A stretch of DNA of 64,000 nt from an uncultured delta proteobacterium (GTDB taxonomy: Bacteria; Desulfobacterota; Desulfobacteria; Desulfobacterales; Desulfatirhabdiaceae), in NCBI GenBank assembly GCA_963789395.1, contig CAWBKP010000022.1:333455-397454 (forward strand), in the 5' to 3' direction. Positions 59,070-64,000 of this stretch are shown here, piece after piece. Under the pieces are notes generated by a model. That model did not search any database. It worked only from the letters and a program-made list of their open reading frames with translations, and was not told the DNA's origin. Position numbers and translations under genes: made by a program. Positions within the stretch are counted from its first letter, which is position 1. Each line of letters begins with the position of its first letter.

Positions 59070-60698
59070 CTAGTCGCCGGTGCCCTTGCTCGCCCTCTCC
59101 GCCTCGGCCATCCGTTTCCCCATCTCCGCTTTGATTGCGTCAAGATTGAAGCTTGCGCCCCGCTGCATCGGCGGGTACTCGAGGAAAGTCTGGATTTCCT
59201 TGCCCATTACCTGCTGGACGAACACAAAACGCCAGAACTGGAACTTGAACCAATCGAAATATTGCTGCGCCCCGTCTTTGGTCCCGTTGTTCGGCCAACC
59301 CATGCGCTCGAACGGATCAAGGCGCAGGTTTGTGATGTAGGGCACATCAGGATGGGTCTTTTCACCCAGCCAGCCTTGGGGCTGGTCAATGAACCGGAAC
59401 TTGTAGTCGTCAATGCGCACCGCACCGACAGTGCTTTCGCCGAGGTAGAATATTTCGTGACGTACGGACGGCCCTTTTCCTGTAATGGCAGCCATCTGGT
59501 TGTAGCCGTCCAGATGATTCTTATAGGTCCGGTCTCCGAGTTTCACACCCTTTAGCAACTGCTCGGTGATGTCCGGGTTGCCGGCAGCGGCAAGGAAAGT
59601 CGGGAACCAGTCCAGGCCGGAGAAGATGCCGTTCTGCACCGAGTCCGCCGGTACATGGCCGGGCCAGCGAAGGATGCACGGTACGCGGAAGCCGCCTTCC
59701 ATGATCGTCCCTTTGCACTGGGCAAACGGCGTTGTTCCGCCATCTGGCCAGGTGAAGAGTTCGGTGCCGTTGTCGGTGGTGAAGACGACGATGGTGTTAT
59801 CGTCTTCGCCCATGTCTTTAAGCTTCTTCATCACAAGACCGATGTCGTCATCGAGCTGGGCCATGCCGGCTTCCTGTTCCGACCAGCCATTTTCGGAGTT
59901 GCGCATCTTCTGATACTTCTCTGAGAGATGGGTGACGATGTGCATGCGCGTCGGGTTCAGCCAGACAAAGAATGGCTTGCCGTCTTTTTTGGCCTTGTCC
60001 ATGAAATTGATGGCAAAGTCGCGGATCTCGTCATCCACGGTCTCCATGCGCTTGGGATAAAGCGTGCCGGCATCCTCGATCTTCTGCTTGCCGATTTTGC
60101 CCCAGCGCGGCATCTCTGTCGGATCATCCTTGTCCGTGGCCCAACTGTGGACCATGTTTCGCGGACCGACAACGTTCAAGAGATCCTGCGGGTAATTGGG
60201 ATGCGCTGGGTCTTCCATTGCATCGAGGTGGTATAAATAACCGAAGAACTCGTCGAACCCGTGGACGGTGGGCAGGAACTCATTAAGATCGCCTAGGTGG
60301 TTTTTACCGAACTGACCGGTAGCATAGCCCTGCGCTTTAAGCGCAGTGGCGATCGTGCAGGCTTCTGCCGGCAGTCCGGTCTTGGCGCCCGCCTGGCCAA
60401 CCGTGGTCATACCGGTGCGGATCGGCAGTTCACCGGTAATGAAGTTCGCCCGGCCCGCCGTGCAGCTTGCCTCAGCGTAATAGTCGGTGAACATCATGCC
60501 TTCTTTGGCCAGCTTGTCGAGATTCGGCGTCTTGCCGGCCATCATGCCCCGGTGGTAGGCGCCGATGTTCCACATGCCGATGTCGTCCCCCATGATAAAC
60601 AGGATGTTGGGTTTTTTGTCCGCCGCAAATGCCGGGCAGGTGATGAAAGCTAGGCCGACGGCGATTACGGTGAGTATGACTGTAAATTTTGCTTTCAT
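59070..60698 (-). CDS. Arylsulfatase (Cys-type formylglycine sulfatase), exported
   Basis: Signal peptide, KPNILFIMGDD, SCTAGR (CxxxR), FGKNHLG, TTDNG, KGTIMEGGFRVP; AAGGAG upstream. Confidence 0.92.
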   Translation of the reverse strand: MKAKFTVILTVIAVGLAFITCPAFAADKKPNILFIMGDDIGMWNIGAYHRGMMAGKTPNLDKLAKEGMMFTDYYAEASCTAGRANFITGELPIRTGMTTVGQAGAKTGLPAEACTIATALKAQGYATGQFGKNHLGDLNEFLPTVHGFDEFFGYLYHLDAMEDPAHPNYPQDLLNVVGPRNMVHSWATDKDDPTEMPRWGKIGKQKIEDAGTLYPKRMETVDDEIRDFAINFMDKAKKDGKPFFVWLNPTRMHIVTHLSEKYQKMRNSENGWSEQEAGMAQLDDDIGLVMKKLKDMGEDDNTIVVFTTDNGTELFTWPDGGTTPFAQCKGTIMEGGFRVPCILRWPGHVPADSVQNGIFSGLDWFPTFLAAAGNPDITEQLLKGVKLGDRTYKNHLDGYNQMAAITGKGPSVRHEIFYLGESTVGAVRIDDYKFRFIDQPQGWLGEKTHPDVPYITNLRLDPFERMGWPNNGTKDGAQQYFDWFKFQFWRFVFVQQVMGKEIQTFLEYPPMQRGASFNLDAIKAEMGKRMAEAERASKGTGD

Positions 60699-60923
60699 GT
60701 CCTTCTCCTTATTAAGAATGGTGTTTTTCATTGAAATCCGTTGTCTGTTTCTCTTGCAGGTAACAGAGGTGAAAAAGAGAATTCTGACATATTGTCTGTT
60801 TCGGAGCACCTCCATTCATCGGATTAAGCCGCCATAATTTTTTTTTGAGCCTTTTGCCAAGTCCCGAATGTAGCCATCCGATTGTTTATCCTTGAGTCAA
60901 AAATAAATTTGTTCAGTAATAAA

Positions 60924-60941
60924 TTGCAACGTTTATGCCAA
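60924..60941 (-). promoter_or_regulatory. Sigma54 -24/-12 promoter upstream of the sulfatase
   Basis: Minus strand TTGGCATAAACGTTGCAA (GG-N10-GC). Palindrome TGGTCATATATGATCA at ~61055-61070 may be an enhancer site. Confidence 0.65.
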
Positions 60942-61297
60942 GTTAACAACATCCAGGTCACAACATCTATCATACTGATATTTGAAAAAATATGTCAATT
61001 ATGCTTTAAGTTGGCTTTCATTACGAGTCAATAAATTGGTCATATTTAATCTGTGGTCATATATGATCATTTTTATGTCTTCTGGTTCAGTGCCTGACAA
61101 AAATGATGAGATCAGAATTTTAATTATCGACTTAGAGCGGCACCGACGGTGAAAAAATAGCAAGTTCGAAGATTGTTAATGGGATGTAAATATATGGTTT
61201 TTGAATGTTCAGTTTTCGCATACCTGTGCTCAAAGGGCTGCGGTCAAGCCAAAGGATTTTAGACGCGCTGTTATTCCCTCAACTTTCCTGTGATCCT

Positions 61298-61650
61298 GTT
61301 TATATTGGTGACTCGTCCGAAATAGAAAGGATCCATTTTTGAAATGTTAACCATTCTTGCATATATCAGAAAGTATTTATTTCAGGATTTTTGTTCATGA
61401 ATTCTTTCTGTATCATTAACCATAGCCGAACTGACCGGCGGTCGTCAAAGCATTTGATCAACCCCATGAACGAAGGTTGGGTTGCTGGCTCCTTGATCCA
61501 GATAGTTCAAAGACCGTGTTTCGGTATAAATCAAGAATTGTGTTTGTATCCATGAGAAAATCAGGAAGTGAATACTCAACATTTGGATAACATATGGCTG
61601 AGTGGAACCTTTTGAATCATCCAGCACTTTTCTTACCTTCGTGGTCAGGT
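61298..61650 (-). repeat. Split copy (D/E) of the kinase-tail/promoter module including a receiver-tail remnant
   Basis: 61650-61546 reads DLTTKVRKVLDDSKGSTQ then GTTATCCAAA..TATTCAC..GATTTTCTCATGGATAC; 61368-61298 reads ATATGCAAG..ACATTTCAAA..TCTATTTCGG..GTCACC. Confidence 0.65.
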
Positions 61651-61880
61651 CATCTGTTCTGACGTGCCCTCCTCGATCAATTTCGAATCATTCAATCCAA
61701 GAATTCGCAACTTCCGAAATGTGCTGGAGGGGGTGTAGTTGCCGTACTCGCCTCAATAAACACTATACTCTTTGGTTCATTTTGTCTAATGTTCGTTTGG
61801 ATATTATAAATATACCATTACCAATCCGGCGCGGACTGCAAAACTTTGGTGGTGAGATGAGAACGCTTAGAAAAAACAGC

Positions 61881-63173
61881 TTATCGCCGACGTGTCGGGA
61901 CAAGGCGGCTGGCAAGCGCTTTGTCGATACGGACGCCATCCATATCGACGATCTCAAAACGCCATCCATTTGCATTGCATATATCACCAGTTGCAGGAAT
62001 TTCCCCCATTTGTGCCAACAAAAAACCTGCCAAGGTCTGATAATCACGTTTTTTCGGCAGGCTTATGCCCAATATGTCTGACATTTCATCGGCTGGAATC
62101 CAGCCAGAAAGCAGCCATGAGCCGTCCTGTCTGCGCACCGCAGCCGGTTCCGAAAGTTCACTATCCGAGCGGAAGGCACCAGCGATGGTCTGCAAAATGT
62201 CGGCAGGAGTCACGACCCCCTGAAAATGTCCATATTCGTCATGTACCAGAGCCATTGGTATCTTCGCTGATTTAAGCATACCCAAAGCATCAAGCGCTTC
62301 CGCTTTTTCAGACAACATCGGAGCCTGATAAACGAATTTTTGTATATCAAACGGGACTTGCCGTATCATGTCAGATAGAGTTTTACGCACCTCGATAACG
62401 CCAATCATTTTATCAACCGAACCTTGTCCGGCGGGGAGCCTTGAATGGGCGGCGTCGATAAGGCAATTGCGCAGCACACTTTCGGAAGCACTGATATCTA
62501 TCCATTCAACTTCCGTGTGTGGTGTCATTACTCCGCGCACTGGGCGGCTACCGAGGCGAAGTATGCCTGAAATCATGTGCTTTTCACTTGATTCCAGCAC
62601 GCCGGAAGATTCAGCCTCGGCCACCAGCATTTTGATTTCTTCTTCTGTAACCTTGTTTTCAGCTTCCGGTTTTTGTCCCATGACCCAGAAAATCAAACGG
62701 GATGATTTATCCAGCAGCCACACAATCGGGGTAGAAATATGCGAAACTATCGTCATGAAAGGAGCCACCGCACAGGCTATCTTCTCGGCATTGCGCAATG
62801 CCAGCTGCTTGGGTACCAATTCGCCAATAATGATAGAAAAATAGGTGATGATCGCTATAACCACACCGAAGCCCAAGGGCTCAGCAATCTGTTCCGTCAC
62901 ACCCCGCGCCGATAGCCAGTTCGTGAAGTGTTCTCCGTAGGTAACGCCTGAAAATGTACCGGAAAGAATACCAATCAACGTAATTCCAATTTGTACAGTC
63001 GAAAGAAACCGCCCTGGGTTGGAGGCAAGCTCCAAGGCTCGGAGCGAACCGTGCTTGCCGGATTCGATCATGGCTTTAAGGCGTGCCGGACGGGATGAGA
63101 TGATTGCAAGTTCCGAAAGAGCAAAAAGGCCGTTGAGTACGATAAGAAAAACAATGATAGCCAGTTCAAGCAC
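61881..63173 (-). CDS. Hemolysin/CorC-HlyC family CBS-domain membrane protein
   Basis: NGLFALSELA, FLSTVQIGIT, GELVPKQLA, TEEEIK, DEYG, TLAGF, VDMDG.RIDK; GTG start. Confidence 0.9.
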   Translation of the reverse strand: MLELAIIVFLIVLNGLFALSELAIISSRPARLKAMIESGKHGSLRALELASNPGRFLSTVQIGITLIGILSGTFSGVTYGEHFTNWLSARGVTEQIAEPLGFGVVIAIITYFSIIIGELVPKQLALRNAEKIACAVAPFMTIVSHISTPIVWLLDKSSRLIFWVMGQKPEAENKVTEEEIKMLVAEAESSGVLESSEKHMISGILRLGSRPVRGVMTPHTEVEWIDISASESVLRNCLIDAAHSRLPAGQGSVDKMIGVIEVRKTLSDMIRQVPFDIQKFVYQAPMLSEKAEALDALGMLKSAKIPMALVHDEYGHFQGVVTPADILQTIAGAFRSDSELSEPAAVRRQDGSWLLSGWIPADEMSDILGISLPKKRDYQTLAGFLLAQMGEIPATGDICNANGWRFEIVDMDGVRIDKALASRLVPTRRR

Positions 63174-63308
63174 ACCTTTTTCCTTTTTAATAAGTTGGAG
63201 AGAGCCTATCAAAAGGCCGTTGCCAAGTAGAAGTGATTGTGAACCCTATTTTATCATGGAGTGAGAAATGCTGCAAAGTGCAGTCCGCAGTGTAAAAGCC
63301 TGATGGTT

Positions 63309-63563
63309 TCACTCCTTTGACCAGTGAATATGCCGATGATGTAAATCGGGCATATGGTGATGCGAATGGGCAATTTTATCGTGCCTGTGAACGTGTAAAT
63401 GCTTTTTGGCACATTCATCTTCGTGGTCATGTTTATGATGACAGTCGTCGTGAACATGTGAGTGTTCGTGAAAGGTCATTCCATGAATATGATGATGATC
63501 GTGTTTTTCGCGCACCAAAAACAATGTGCCAATGCACATGGTTGACGACGAAATAATAAACAT
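63309..63563 (-). CDS. His-rich small ORF (resembles the C-terminal tail of DMT/EamA transporters)
   Basis: One hydrophobic stretch, then 25 His in 84 aa ending HSHHHMPDLHHRHIH; GAGG before ATG. Confidence 0.5.
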   Translation of the reverse strand: MFIISSSTMCIGTLFLVREKHDHHHIHGMTFHEHSHVHDDCHHKHDHEDECAKKHLHVHRHDKIAHSHHHMPDLHHRHIHWSKE

Positions 63564-63577
63564 GGTTCCTCGCTGAT

Positions 63578-63726
63578 TTGTAAGGGCGACCTACCCGAAA
63601 TAGATAGAAACCAGATTTGAAATGTCAAAGATTTTGCATATAATCATGAGTTCGGCCATCTTCATGGATACGGATGGTATTCATAATAAAACCGGCCTGT
63701 TAATAATTGTGCTTTGGATAACATAT
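63578..63726 (-). repeat. Full copy (C) of the kinase-tail/promoter module
   Basis: Minus strand ATGAATACCATCCGTATCCATGAAGATGGCCGAACTCA...TCAAATCTGGTTTCT..CTATTTCGG aligns with 52785-52929. Confidence 0.75.
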
Positions 63727-64000
63727 ACTTTGAGATCGGTTCTTCGAACTTTATTGCCATTCAAAACATAAATAAAGATGATATATCGGAGGATACTGTC
63801 AGGTTTCGAAACATCAAAATCCGCTCTCACCATAATATAGGAGGAGAGAGGACTTACAATCCCGCTCAGTTTCTTTGAAGATATGATTCCCGTTGCCGAA
63901 TCTTAACTGGTCTATCGAGCCAGCCGTAATTGACAACAAGCTCTGCTGCAGCCTTTTGTGGGTTCAACTGCCTTAACCAACAAAAATAACTATCGGATTC

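Noticed and set aside
49125..61433. 11/12-bp inverted repeat (CGGTTCGGCTAT / ATAGCCGAACTG) as island ends
   Set aside because: Matches this short are expected by chance in 64 kb, and there is no transposase, integrase or target duplication.
63727..64000. Possible coding remnant at the right edge
   Set aside because: Frames are interrupted and I could not recognise a family.

Overview
Bacterial chromosome segment. Gene content (strict-anaerobe-type benzoyl-CoA genes, IorAB, TRAP, many PAS kinases) suggests an anaerobic Desulfobacterota-like organism; this is inference. Left to right: (i) DUF2126 / circularly permuted ATP-grasp+alpha-E / transglutaminase triad; (ii) glgA, a RAYT-type HUH transposase bounded by terminal inverted repeats, a GalT-like gene, a PAS-SpoIIE phosphatase and a Dpp-type ABC transporter; (iii) a ~30-kb anaerobic aromatic/acyl-CoA catabolic region (uspA, TRAP, CoA ligases, xanthine-dehydrogenase-family Mo enzyme, acyl-CoA dehydrogenase, MarR, oah/dch/had, thiolase, iorAB, paaK, three signalling genes) with no benzoyl-CoA reductase in the window; (iv) carB; (v) from ~49.1 kb a mosaic, partly decayed accessory region: hybrid kinase, sigma54-driven arylsulfatase operon with several deletion scars, CorC/HlyC gene and a His-rich ORF. 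Signals not explained by the gene calls: a ~150-200-bp 'kinase tail + hairpin + promoter' module present four times, an 80-bp signal-peptide cassette shared by two unrelated genes, a four-copy hairpin+heptamer repeat, and the IR-bounded RAYT. About 11 single-base indels split otherwise intact genes and are most likely long-read errors. No rRNA, tRNA or CRISPR array was seen. All protein calls come from motif and family recognition by eye; no database search was run.
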